From assembly GCA_000990585.1 (NCBI GenBank), contig LBQD01000004.1, positions 41,707 through 105,706 on the forward strand: DNA of 64,000 nucleotides. The letters are read 5' to 3'. This DNA comes from Candidatus Moranbacteria bacterium GW2011_GWE2_35_2- (GTDB taxonomy: Bacteria; Patescibacteriota; Minisyncoccia; Moranbacterales; UBA9337). Positions within the stretch are counted from its first letter, which is position 1, and each line of letters begins with the position of its first letter. The notes under the pieces are model-generated. The model was not told where the DNA came from, made no database searches, and was given only the letters and a program-made list of their open reading frames with translations. Made by a program: the position numbers and the translations under genes. Positions 41,407 through 50,862 of the stretch are shown here, piece after piece.

Positions 41407-41562
41407 CTAATGTAGACCTAAGGCTTTCCCTGCCGCAATGAATGTCCATGCGACAGAGAAAAAAAGGAGGGCAAGTGGGACGGCAATGTACGCCATCCCA
41501 AAAATTTCTTCGGAAATCTTCCGCGAATTTTCCGCGGAAGAAAAATGATTTTTTTTTCTCAT
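41407..41562 (-). CDS. Candidate 51-aa small membrane protein
   Basis: MRKKNHFSSAENSRKISEEIFGMAYIAVPLALLFFSVAWTFIAAGKALGLH; good RBS (AAGAGGAGAAG, 4-nt spacer) and single C-terminal TM helix; sits alone in a 500-bp intergenic gap. Confidence 0.35.
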   Translation of the reverse strand: MRKKNHFSSAENSRKISEEIFGMAYIAVPLALLFFSVAWTFIAAGKALGLH

Positions 41563-41846
41563 TTTTCTTCTCCTCTTATGTTTACGGGGCTAAATCGCCC
41601 CTTTTTGAGTTTTAAGTACTATATTTAACTATACTCCTTTTTGGAGAAAAAGTCAAGGGCTTGTGGTTGTTTTGGTCCTAGATAAGCCATTTTTTGCTTG
41701 AAAAACTGGAGAAATGCAGACTCTTCCGCCAATTCAGCAAATAGAGTAAAATATAAAATATTGCTATGGGGGTATTTTTTGAGTTTTTAAATAACTTTTT
41801 TACCTTTTAATTCTGGTACGCTTAAAAATTGGCATAATTTTCAAAT

Positions 41847-42881
41847 ATGAAAAAATATAACATTGTCACAATCGGAGGTGGGACAGGAAGCTTTACTTTG
41901 CTTTCCGGACTCAAAAAATATCCGGTGAATATTTCGGCGATTGTTTCGATGGCGGATGACGGCGGATCGACCGGAAGGCTCCGCGATGAGTTGGGAGTGC
42001 TTCCGCCGGGCGATGTCCGCCAATGCTTGGTGGCGCTTTCTGATTCCACACAAGATTTGCGGGATTTGATGAATTATCGTTTTGAAAAAGGAGAGCTTAA
42101 AGGGCATAATTTTGGAAATATTTTTCTGTCTGCTTTGGAAAAAACGCAGGGAGGATTTTTGCGTGGAGTGGAGGAAGTTTCTAAAATTCTCAATGTTCGC
42201 GGAGAAGTAATTCCAGTTTCAAGTCAGGATATGCATTTAAACATTCAACTAAAAAATAAAAAAGTGATTGTCGGAGAGAAACAATTGGATCACAATAATG
42301 ATGTGAGAAATATTGGAATTGAAAAAGTTTATCTTAGACCAAGAGTGAAAGCTAATAAAAAGGCAATTACTGCCATCAAAAATGCAGATATGATCGTGAT
42401 TGGACCCGGGGATCATTATGGATCCATCGTTCCAAATTTGTTGGTTGATGGAGTTTCTGAGGCGATTGCAAAATCGAAGGCCAAAGTTGTGTACAATTGC
42501 AATCTGACAAATAAAAAAGGGCAGACTGATAATTTTGATCTGGATAAATATACTCAAGAAATAAACGGATATATCGGGAAAGAGAGAATTGATTTTGTTC
42601 TTTTTAATGCAAATAATATTCCAAAGAGTCTCGTTGAAAAATATGAGAAAAAAGAAGGAAAAAATTCAATAGTAAGGTTTGATTCCGAGATGAAAAAGAA
42701 CAGAAATTACAAGATTGTGATTGCGAATATGGTTAATAAGGTAAATGCGCCAAAGAAAAAAAATGATTTAATCGCCAATACAAGATCATTTATTCGGCAT
42801 GACAGTGATCGACTGGCGAAAGTTTTAATGATGATTTTGGAAATGGACGAGCGAAATAATTTGGTCAAAGAAATTATTTAG
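41847..42881 (+). CDS. YvcK/UPF0052 (CofD-like) gluconeogenesis-factor family protein
   Basis: NIVTIGGGTGSFTLLSGLKKY...SMADDGGSTGRLRDELGVLPPGDVRQCLVALS. Confidence 0.85.
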   Translation: MKKYNIVTIGGGTGSFTLLSGLKKYPVNISAIVSMADDGGSTGRLRDELGVLPPGDVRQCLVALSDSTQDLRDLMNYRFEKGELKGHNFGNIFLSALEKTQGGFLRGVEEVSKILNVRGEVIPVSSQDMHLNIQLKNKKVIVGEKQLDHNNDVRNIGIEKVYLRPRVKANKKAITAIKNADMIVIGPGDHYGSIVPNLLVDGVSEAIAKSKAKVVYNCNLTNKKGQTDNFDLDKYTQEINGYIGKERIDFVLFNANNIPKSLVEKYEKKEGKNSIVRFDSEMKKNRNYKIVIANMVNKVNAPKKKNDLIANTRSFIRHDSDRLAKVLMMILEMDERNNLVKEII

Positions 42882-42917
42882 TTTGAATAATAAGTGGATA
42901 TTTATTGAGAACATTTT

Positions 42918-43961
42918 ATGGATATTGAAAAATTGGAGAAATATTTGGGGGAAATCGGGGAAAAGAGTTTTCGAATAAAGCAAATTCGCAAAGCTGTTTT
43001 TGTCGATGGAATTTCTTCGTTTGAGGAAATTTCCACTTTGTCCAAGGAGCTTCGGAAAAAATTGGATGAAAATTTCAAAATCCTTTCTTTTTCGGCGGAA
43101 AATATCTTGGAGGCGAAGGATGGGCAGTCTGTCAAAGCGCTCCTTGAACTTTCTGACGGAAATTTTTTGGAAACGGTTTTGATTTCTCCCAAGCCGGGTG
43201 ATTGGTCGGTTTGTGTTTCAACCCAGGTCGGTTGCGCGATGGGGTGCCGGTTTTGCGCGACGGGAAAAATGGGTTTCAAAAGGAATCTGACGGCGGAAGA
43301 AATAACCGACCAGGTTTTGTTTTGGAGGCAGTATCTTAATGGAATTAAAAATTTAAAATTTAAAATTAAAAATTGTGACATTTCCAATGTCGTCTATATG
43401 GGTATGGGAGAGCCGTTTAATAATTGGAAGGAAGTTTCTGAAAGTATCCGAATTTTAACAAACAAGGATTTGTTCGCTTTCGGTTCGCGTTCGATTTCCG
43501 TTTCTACTTCCGGAATCGCGGAGGGGATTGAAAAATTGGCGAGCGAATTTCCGCAAGTGAATCTGGCGATTTCGCTTCATTTTGCTAATGACAAGAAACG
43601 GGATGAGTTTATGCCGGTGAACAAGAAAGACAATTTGGAAAGTTTGAAAATTGCTCTGCAAAAATATTTCCAAAAAACGAAGCGTAAGGTTTTTGTGGAG
43701 TATATTTTACTGGAGGACGCAAATGACACAAAAGAGGACGCGCAAGAATTGGCGCGATATCTCAAATCGATCGGAAACACTCATTTGCTTCATGTGAATC
43801 TGATCGGGTACAATACGACCTCCGGTGATTTCCGATCTTCTTCCGGAAACCGCACGCACAAATTCAAAGAATATCTTTTGCTGGGCGGAATCAACGCAAC
43901 CATCAGAAAAAGCCTCGGAGAAGAAATTAAAGGAGCCTGCGGACAGCTCGCCACGCGTTGA
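42918..43961 (+). CDS. rlmN: 23S rRNA (adenine2503-C2)-methyltransferase RlmN (radical SAM)
   Basis: CVSTQVGCAMGCRFCATG (CxxxCxxC), MGMGEP, overall RlmN/Cfr architecture. Confidence 0.9.
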   Translation: MDIEKLEKYLGEIGEKSFRIKQIRKAVFVDGISSFEEISTLSKELRKKLDENFKILSFSAENILEAKDGQSVKALLELSDGNFLETVLISPKPGDWSVCVSTQVGCAMGCRFCATGKMGFKRNLTAEEITDQVLFWRQYLNGIKNLKFKIKNCDISNVVYMGMGEPFNNWKEVSESIRILTNKDLFAFGSRSISVSTSGIAEGIEKLASEFPQVNLAISLHFANDKKRDEFMPVNKKDNLESLKIALQKYFQKTKRKVFVEYILLEDANDTKEDAQELARYLKSIGNTHLLHVNLIGYNTTSGDFRSSSGNRTHKFKEYLLLGGINATIRKSLGEEIKGACGQLATR

Positions 43962-43976
43962 TTTTTTTAAATATTT

Positions 43977-45839
43977 ATGAAAACGGACAAGAAAAACAAA
44001 AAAATATTGGATAGCGTGGATTTTCCTTCTGATGTGCGGAAACTTTCGGCGGGGAAGTTGCCTTGGCTTTGCAGGGAGGTGCGGGATTTTTTGATTGAGA
44101 GTGTGGCGCAGAGTGGTGGGCATTTCGGGTCGAATTTGGGAGTGGTGGAACTTACGGTGGCGCTCCATCGGGTTTTTGATACTCCTCGTGATTTGTTAAT
44201 TTGGGACGTCGGACATCAAGCCTATCCGCACAAAATCTTAACTGGACGGAAAAAAAAACTATATACGATTCGCAAAAAAGACGGACTTGCTCCTTTTCCC
44301 AAAAGAGAAGAAAGCGAATATGATGTTCTTGGCGTCGGACATTCCAGCACTTCAATCAGCGCGGCACTTGGAATGGCACTGGCGAATAAAGGTAGAAAAA
44401 ATCCTCCGCAGGTGGTGGCGGTGATCGGCGACGGGGCGCTGGGAAGCGGGATGGCTTTTGAGGCGCTCAATCATGCCGGAGATGTCGGTGCGGATATGTT
44501 GGTGGTGCTTAATGATAACAAGATGTCGATTTCTCCCAATGTCGGCGGGATGGGAAAATATCTGACGCGTCTCATTTCTTCTCCCTCATATATCAATTTT
44601 CGCGAGCAGGGAAGAAAAATTTTGGATACTGTTCCGGCGATCGGAAAATTGGCGCGGCGCGTGGAGTCGCACGGAAAAGGATTGGTTACTCCTGGAACAT
44701 TTTTCGAAGAATTGGGATTTGATTATTACGGACCGATTGACGGGCATGATGTGGGCGAACTTGTCGAAGTGCTTTCCAATTTGAAAAAAATAAAAGGGCC
44801 GAAGATTTTGCATGTGATAACTAAAAAAGGGAAGGGGTATATTCCGGCGGAAGACGATGAATTTTCTTTGCACGCGGTCAAGCCGTTTGATCCGATTACG
44901 GGAAAAAAGAACGGAAGCGCAAAAAAGCAATTGAACTACACGGATGTTTTTTCGCAGTGGCTATGTGATAAAGCAAAAAAAGACAACAAATTGCATGCTA
45001 TTACTCCAGCGATGTGTTCCGGAAGCGGGTTGGTGGATTTTTGCAAAAAATTTCCCGCTCGTTATCATGATGTGGGAATCGCCGAACAGCATGCGGTCAC
45101 TTTGGCGGCGGGGATGGCTTGTCAAGGAAAAAAGCCGGTAGTGGCGATTTACTCTTCTTTTTTGCAGCGCGCTTTCGATCAAGTGATCCATGACGTGGCG
45201 CTTCAGAATCTGGATGTGCTTTTCGCGATTGACCGGGCGGGAATTGTCGGCGCGGACGGAGCGACGCATAATGGAAGTTTCGATCTTTCCTTTTTACGGA
45301 TGATTCCCGGCATGGTGATCATGGCTCCGTCTGACAAAAATGAATGTTATTCCATGCTTGAATCAGGATATGGATATTCCGGTATGGTGGCAGTAAGGTA
45401 TCCGCGCGGAGGAGGAGAGGATAAATTCAGTCCGAAAAAAGTCGAGGCGATAGAAATCGGAAAAGCGAAAATTGAAAGAAAAGGGAAAGAACTGGCTATT
45501 TTGTCTTTCGGGGCGCTTACGAGAAATTGCTTGAAAGCGGCTAGGGAAAACGGAGCCACTTTGGTGAATATGCGGTTCGTCAAACCTTTGGATGAAGAAT
45601 TGTTAAAAAATCTCGCAAAAACGCACAAGTATTTTATTACCGTTGAAGATAATACCGTCGTTGGCGGAGCGGGAAGCGCGGTGAATGAATTTGTTGTTAA
45701 TAATGGTTTGGATGTGAAAGTGAAAAACTTGGGACTGCCGGACAAGTTTCTCCAGCACGGAACTCGCGAAGAAATCCTCGCCGAAGCAGGACTGGATGAA
45801 GAGGGAATTTTGAAATCAATCAAGGAAATTATTTCTTAA
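43977..45839 (+). CDS. dxs: 1-deoxy-D-xylulose-5-phosphate synthase
   Basis: GGHFGSNLGVVELTVALH, IGDGALGSGMAFEALNHAG (TPP binding), transketolase-like middle and C domains. Confidence 0.9.
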   Translation: MKTDKKNKKILDSVDFPSDVRKLSAGKLPWLCREVRDFLIESVAQSGGHFGSNLGVVELTVALHRVFDTPRDLLIWDVGHQAYPHKILTGRKKKLYTIRKKDGLAPFPKREESEYDVLGVGHSSTSISAALGMALANKGRKNPPQVVAVIGDGALGSGMAFEALNHAGDVGADMLVVLNDNKMSISPNVGGMGKYLTRLISSPSYINFREQGRKILDTVPAIGKLARRVESHGKGLVTPGTFFEELGFDYYGPIDGHDVGELVEVLSNLKKIKGPKILHVITKKGKGYIPAEDDEFSLHAVKPFDPITGKKNGSAKKQLNYTDVFSQWLCDKAKKDNKLHAITPAMCSGSGLVDFCKKFPARYHDVGIAEQHAVTLAAGMACQGKKPVVAIYSSFLQRAFDQVIHDVALQNLDVLFAIDRAGIVGADGATHNGSFDLSFLRMIPGMVIMAPSDKNECYSMLESGYGYSGMVAVRYPRGGGEDKFSPKKVEAIEIGKAKIERKGKELAILSFGALTRNCLKAARENGATLVNMRFVKPLDEELLKNLAKTHKYFITVEDNTVVGGAGSAVNEFVVNNGLDVKVKNLGLPDKFLQHGTREEILAEAGLDEEGILKSIKEIIS

Positions 45840-45920
45840 AAAAAAGAAGCGAAATTTGCAAATCGCACTCACTTTTATGCAATCGCATAAAAGTGAGTGA
45901 GTAAATTGTCAAGCGCAAAA

Positions 45921-45947
45921 AAAGCAACTCAATAAAAGTTGCTTTTT
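45921..45947. terminator. Bidirectional terminator (AAAGCAACT-caataaa-AGTTGCTTTTT) between dxs and convergent NUDIX gene; preceded by a second perfect hairpin at 45866-45899
   Basis: Hairpins read directly from sequence. Confidence 0.55.
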
Positions 45948-45966
45948 AAATTTGCATATAGGGTAT

Positions 45967-46407
45967 TTATTTCAAAAATCCAAAGTGTTTGAGGGTCGGG
46001 ATGATGTTGGGGGCGAGGTTTTCTTTTTCCAAATCTTCGAGTGGAATCCATTTCCACTCCCGGATGTCGGCGCCTGGAGAAATTTCCCCGATGCGTTTGG
46101 CAAGAAAATGCACCAGAATCACGTCGATTTTTCCCTTCGGAGTTTCTTTTTTCGTGTGAAGGAAAAAGGGTGTTTCGTTGATAATTTCAATTTCCAGACC
46201 CATTTCTTCTTTCACTTCCCGGCGGGCATTTTCAATAAGATCCGTTTCGAAGTCCTCGACTTTTCCGCCGCAGAATTTCCAAAATTCAGTGTCCCCATGT
46301 TGAGTTAAAAGAACTTTTCCATCCTCCACGATAACCGGACCGGATGCGATGATTATTTTTGGCATAATTTTTTCTCCTTTTGATTTGTTATGCATCAACT
46401 CTATCAT
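45967..46407 (-). CDS. NUDIX hydrolase
   Basis: Nudix box GGKVEDFETDLIENARREVKEEMGLEI. Confidence 0.8.
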   Translation of the reverse strand: MIELMHNKSKGEKIMPKIIIASGPVIVEDGKVLLTQHGDTEFWKFCGGKVEDFETDLIENARREVKEEMGLEIEIINETPFFLHTKKETPKGKIDVILVHFLAKRIGEISPGADIREWKWIPLEDLEKENLAPNIIPTLKHFGFLK

Positions 46408-46499
46408 TATCTTATACTTTTCGCCAGCTTATCATATTTCAAACACGTGACAATTCCCGCCAATTTATATTAAAAATTGTAACACAAAAAATAAAAAAA

Positions 46500-46533
46500 G
46501 TTGTCAAAAAGTTGCAATTGCGACAGGATGACA
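46500..46533. repeat. 34-bp dyad site TTGTCA-N22-TGACAA, copy C (upstream of GC-rich hypothetical gene)
   Basis: TTGTCAaaaagttgcaattgcgacaggaTGACAA; same arm sequence and spacing as copies at 47750-47783 and 62432-62465. Confidence 0.6.
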
Positions 46534-46754
46534 ATAATTTTTGTATTATGCGGGAGTTGTTCGTGGAGATTGTAGGTGAATTTTTTTGGGAAATCAATAA
46601 GAATCCTTTATTTAAGCCAAAAAACAATATTAACGTTTGACAAAATGATAATTTGGTGATTCAATTGAATATCATTTCGAGAATGGTTTGAAGTGGTGGA
46701 AGTTTTCGGACTTCCTTGTTCTTAAAATTTTTTAGTTTTTTAGGGAGGTTTGTT

Positions 46755-47465
46755 ATGACGATACAAGTTGTCACAGACGAACAGTTGGGGAAATTGTCTC
46801 GAAGGATGCATGATCTTTTTGAGAGAGTGCGGACTGGAGGGGTTGAATTTCAGCAAACTTTGGATGGACTCCAATTGTTGGCTGAGAAAAAATCCGAAAC
46901 AGTCAGTCCGGATAATCCACATGGCAGGGAAATTGCCATGTGGCAAAATTTTTACAAAAAAGTTTTTGGGGAAACTGTGGATTTTTCCAATGTCCGTATC
47001 CCCGAAAAACTGGAAGGCGGGTGGTGGCTCATAATTCTGGCAAAAGGAATGACGCCGGAACGGCTGTTTCTGAAGTGTCAGAAAAAATTTATCATATGGA
47101 AATGGACGGATCAGAATTTGGACGAGATTATTACTTCTGACCGGACTGCCAAGGATGGGCATTATGCTATCTGGGTGCGAGCGAATGTTGAGGCGGATTT
47201 GGAGTTTAAAAACTTGAGCGCCAACGAGCTCAAGGAGATAAATCACCAGGGCATCACACTGGAAGAACGGCTCGTTCTCGAGTTGTTCTACTTCTGGAGA
47301 ATCAAGAAGCATTTAGACATCCAGAATTGGACGCTTTGTTCGGGTTCGCGCTATTCTGATGGTAGCGTTCCGGTTGCGGAATGGAACGAAGGCAAGATGG
47401 GGGTCTTTTGGTTCTATCCTTTCGATCGGGACGTCGGCCTTCGTTCTCGTCGAGTGGTTTCCTAA
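46755..47465 (+). CDS. Hypothetical protein (GC-rich gene, possible horizontally acquired cargo)
   Basis: Good RBS AGGGAGG before ATG at 46755; about 45% GC vs about 35% background; no recognisable motif; followed by terminator at 47520-47575. Confidence 0.5.
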   Translation: MTIQVVTDEQLGKLSRRMHDLFERVRTGGVEFQQTLDGLQLLAEKKSETVSPDNPHGREIAMWQNFYKKVFGETVDFSNVRIPEKLEGGWWLIILAKGMTPERLFLKCQKKFIIWKWTDQNLDEIITSDRTAKDGHYAIWVRANVEADLEFKNLSANELKEINHQGITLEERLVLELFYFWRIKKHLDIQNWTLCSGSRYSDGSVPVAEWNEGKMGVFWFYPFDRDVGLRSRRVVS

Positions 47466-47519
47466 ATTTTGTTTCTTTTTTCTTTTAACCTTTTCCAATT
47501 CCAATTCCGAAAAAAGAAG

Positions 47520-47575
47520 GTGATGCAAATCCGCTTGCTGAAATTTCAGCACAGCGGATTTTATTTTTTTCAAAA
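47520..47575 (+). terminator. Rho-independent terminator
   Basis: AATCCGCTTGCTGAAATTTCAGCACAGCGGATT + TTTATTTTTTT. Confidence 0.6.
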
Positions 47576-47741
47576 AAGCGTACAATAAAATTAGATTAAT
47601 TACAAAATGCTGAGGGATTGATTTCAGAAAAAGAATTCAATCAAAGCTTGCAGTCATATCTTGGGATTCTGAGGCATTGTGATGGTGATAAAATTGAAAG
47701 AAAAATAAAAAAGATAATAAGCTAGAATAATTTGATATCAA

Positions 47742-47885
47742 TCTAAAAAATTGTCAAATTGACGCATATGCGATAATTTGACAAATTAAGAATGGGGGAG
47801 CAGTTAAATAAAAAAACAAGCTAGTCCTTAATAGAATCTCGTTTTTTACTTGAAATTATTTTTTGCGGATAGTTCTTTGACTGCC
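47742..47885. repeat. About 140-bp repeated module, copy A: imperfect 34-bp palindrome (47750-47783) + decayed terminator + fragment homologous to rpsT 3' end
   Basis: Near-identical to 62424-62575 (copy B) over about 140 bp including the last 8 codons of rpsT (AGTTCTTTGACTGC). Confidence 0.7.
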
Positions 47886-47905
47886 TCGCAATTTTTTTCT
47901 TTTTT

Positions 47906-49552
47906 TTATTTCAAATTTTTTACCATATAGGTGTTTTGCAGGCGGTAGTTTTGTTTTCGGTAGTATCCGCGGACGCCTATGCCGGAAATGATGGCGATTT
48001 TTTTGGCGCCGAATTCTTTGCGGGCGATTTTTTCCGCTTCTTGGATCAGTTTTTTTCCCAGACCGATGTGCTGAGGGGAAGATTTGTCGTGTTGGTTTAT
48101 TTGCGCCAGTTTGCCATAAGTGTGGACTTCGCGGATGATGGCAGAGTTTTCTAACGCCGGAAGAAGTTTATATAGTCTATTTGTTTCTTTTGTTGTTTCT
48201 ATTTCTAAATTATTATATGGGAGGCGTAGGCGGAGGAGGGCAAAGAGTTTGTTTTTGTCTTCGGATACGAATTGCAAAAATATTTCTTTTCCGTCGGAAG
48301 CTCCATAATCAATGCGATCCAGAATAATATTTTCCTTGATATCATAATCCGCCCGCACTTCCCGGCAACGGATGCATCGACAGGCGGCTTTTTTGGCGAC
48401 GATTTGCCGCATATTGGAAATGATGGGCCCGGCTTCGATGGAGGGAGTGGGGACATCGCGAACCAGGCGCGCGATGCGGACGTAAGGCGGAATGATTTTA
48501 TTTTTTATTTCAATAATCAATTTTTCAAAATGTTTGTCAGTAAGGGGTTTGTAATTTCCCTTTTTCCAGACAGCATAAAGTTCACTATCTTTAATAACCA
48601 CGGTTGGATAAATTTTGAGCATATCAGGCTGGAAATCTTGATTGGTAAAAAGCTGGCGAAACATTTCAATATCTCTTTTGATTGTTGATCCGAGAAGTCC
48701 CGGCATTATGTGGTAGTTGATTTTAAATCCGGCGTCTTTGAGCAATTTCGTGGCGCGGATAGTTTCCGATATAGTATGTCCGCGTTTGTTGAGTTCCAGT
48801 ACATCGTCAAAAATGCTTTGCACCCCTAGTTCGACGCGGGTGCATCCGAGAAGGCGGAAATTGGCAATTTCTTTTTCATCAATATAATCCGGTCGGGTTT
48901 CCAAAGTGAGACCGATAATTCTGTGTTTCGTCTTTTCGTTACGTTTTTGTTCTTTGAATAATTTGTTATTGGGCGTATCTTTTTCTTGATTCTTGATTCT
49001 TAATTCATTATTCTTTCCCACGGAATATTCATTAGCGGCGCGAAAACACTCGGTGATGAATTTCTTTTGATATGTTTTTGGGAAATGAGAAAAAGTTCCG
49101 CCCATAACAATCAGTTCTATTTTGTCCGTCGAATGTCCGTTGAGTTCCAACGCTTTGAGCCGGCTTTGGACTTGGCGGTACGGGTTGAATTTGTTGGCGA
49201 TGGCGCGCATAACCGCCGGTTCGTTGGAGAGATAGCTTTTCGGCATATCTTTTTCAGTGGGGCAATAGAGGCATTTTCCCGGGCAATCGGACGGGCGGGT
49301 AAGAACGGCGACAACCGCCACGCCGGACGCCGTGCGCACGCCACGGGTCATAAGCGTTTTTTCAAAGCCGACGTTCCGCTGGATGATTTTTTCTTCGATC
49401 ATTTTTTCATAGCGCTGGCGCATATCGGCATTGGTCGGAATGGGCAGGCTGAATTGTTTGGAAAGTTTTTTCTTCAGTGTTAAAATATCCTCCGGACATC
49501 GCGGAAGGTTCTCAATTGCGGAGATTATGAAATTGTCGTAAGCTTGAAGCAT
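47906..49552 (-). CDS. Elp3-like radical SAM/GNAT acetyltransferase (tRNA modification)
   Basis: CPGKCLYCPTEKDMPKSYL (radical SAM Cys cluster), C-terminal GNAT motif QHIGLGKKLIQEAEKIA. Confidence 0.8.
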   Translation of the reverse strand: MLQAYDNFIISAIENLPRCPEDILTLKKKLSKQFSLPIPTNADMRQRYEKMIEEKIIQRNVGFEKTLMTRGVRTASGVAVVAVLTRPSDCPGKCLYCPTEKDMPKSYLSNEPAVMRAIANKFNPYRQVQSRLKALELNGHSTDKIELIVMGGTFSHFPKTYQKKFITECFRAANEYSVGKNNELRIKNQEKDTPNNKLFKEQKRNEKTKHRIIGLTLETRPDYIDEKEIANFRLLGCTRVELGVQSIFDDVLELNKRGHTISETIRATKLLKDAGFKINYHIMPGLLGSTIKRDIEMFRQLFTNQDFQPDMLKIYPTVVIKDSELYAVWKKGNYKPLTDKHFEKLIIEIKNKIIPPYVRIARLVRDVPTPSIEAGPIISNMRQIVAKKAACRCIRCREVRADYDIKENIILDRIDYGASDGKEIFLQFVSEDKNKLFALLRLRLPYNNLEIETTKETNRLYKLLPALENSAIIREVHTYGKLAQINQHDKSSPQHIGLGKKLIQEAEKIARKEFGAKKIAIISGIGVRGYYRKQNYRLQNTYMVKNLK

Positions 49553-49555
49553 AAT

Positions 49556-50362
49556 ATGAAAAAAGATATTATTGAAAAAATATTGCGCGAAACCGAAACT
49601 GGGTATGATTTAATTTCCGGAAAGTTTTCGGCAACTCGAAAGAAATTTTGGGGCTCTTTGGAGTTTATTGGAGACTATGCCAAAAGCGGAGATCGGGTTT
49701 TTGATTTCGGGTGCGGAAATGGACGACTTTTGGAACTTTTTGGCGGAAAAAATATCGAATATTTTGGCGCGGACGTGTCGGAAAAACTTTCGAAAGAAGG
49801 AAGAAAGAAATATGCCGGCGTTTTTCCGAACATTTCTTTTTCCAAACTTGATCCGCTTCAAACCAGTTTACCATTTAAATCCGATTATTTCAATACTGTT
49901 TACTCGATTGCGGTTTTTCATCATTTTCCGTCAAAAGAATACCGCTTGGAAATGGCGAAGGAGTTGTATCGGGTTTTGCAACCGGGAGGATATGCCATAA
50001 TCACGGTTTGGAATTTGTGGCCCACCTTTGCTTCGCTATGGCGAGGCAAGCAAAAAAAATACTACAAAAATATATTTGAAAATTGGAAAAACAAGATTTT
50101 GGGAAAAAGCGATTTAGATTGGAATGACTGTTGGGTTTCTTTTACGGATAATCAAGGAAAGGTTTTTAACCGTTACCACCACGTGTTCACTTTGCGGGAA
50201 TTGAAATTACTTTTTTTTAAAGCCGGATTTTCCGCATTGAAAGCAAAAAAAGTCGGGCATAATTTGGTGGTGATTTTGAGAAAACAGCCACGGGAGGGAA
50301 TGGAGGTTATTTTGGAGAATAAAAAAGCGCCGACTCCACTAGTGGTAGAATCGGCGGTCTGA
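49556..50362 (+). CDS. Class I SAM-dependent methyltransferase
   Basis: VFDFGCGNGRLLELFGG (motif I), VLQPGGYAIITVW. ORF track start 49544 would overlap the divergent Elp3 start; MKKDII at 49556 preferred. Confidence 0.75.
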   Translation: MKKDIIEKILRETETGYDLISGKFSATRKKFWGSLEFIGDYAKSGDRVFDFGCGNGRLLELFGGKNIEYFGADVSEKLSKEGRKKYAGVFPNISFSKLDPLQTSLPFKSDYFNTVYSIAVFHHFPSKEYRLEMAKELYRVLQPGGYAIITVWNLWPTFASLWRGKQKKYYKNIFENWKNKILGKSDLDWNDCWVSFTDNQGKVFNRYHHVFTLRELKLLFFKAGFSALKAKKVGHNLVVILRKQPREGMEVILENKKAPTPLVVESAV

Positions 50363-50379
50363 GCAGGATTTTTCCCGCT

Positions 50380-50589
50380 TTATTTTTTTCCATTATTGCC
50401 GAAGATTATGAAAAATTTCGGCAGTCCAAAAGAAATTTTCTGCCCCGTCTTGCAGGTGGGGCAGGTCATACGAAACTCTATTCTCGGAATCCATCCGAGA
50501 CGAGTATTCGGAAAATTGATCTTGCAATGTGTTTCAGTTATCGAAAAACTTTGGTTGCATTTTTTACAAAAAAGAGCTAGTTTTTCCAT
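50380..50589 (-). CDS. Small zinc-ribbon protein
   Basis: MEKLALFCKKCNQ...RMTCPTCKTGQ (CxxC...CxxC); RBS GGAGGGGAAAATGG. The longer ORF-track version (to 50667) lacks an RBS. Confidence 0.45.
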   Translation of the reverse strand: MEKLALFCKKCNQSFSITETHCKINFPNTRLGWIPRIEFRMTCPTCKTGQKISFGLPKFFIIFGNNGKK

Positions 50590-50762
50590 TTTCCCCTCCG
50601 GGATTTTTAGTGGATTATAATTTTTTGATGATAGGTGCAGGATAATATATTTTATACGTAGTGTCAATGTAATGTGGGCTGGACAAAAAATATATTTTGA
50701 GTATAATGGGTAATGTTAGAAAAAGAAAACTTTAGCGGGCTTGCCTCGCCGGAGTGAAGCGT

Positions 50763-50795
50763 AGGCGGGTGTCGTATAGTGGCTATTACCACAGC
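50763..50795 (+). pseudogene. Partial duplicate of tRNA-Gly 5' half (acceptor + D arm + anticodon stem), followed by an 18-nt insert and anticodon loop but no T arm
   Basis: GCGGGTGTCGTATAGTGGCTATTACCACAGCC identical to 50863-50894. Confidence 0.6.
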
Positions 50796-50862
50796 CCCTC
50801 CACAGGCGGGCAGGCTTCCAAGTTGCTGACAGAAAAGATATTTCAAAATTTAATAAAAATAC

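Noticed and set aside
50763-50862. First tRNA-like copy as an intron-containing functional tRNA
   Set aside because: After the anticodon-loop-like CTTCCAA there is no T arm or acceptor 3' strand; the 18-nt insert is homologous to the downstream repeat unit, indicating recombination debris rather than an intron.
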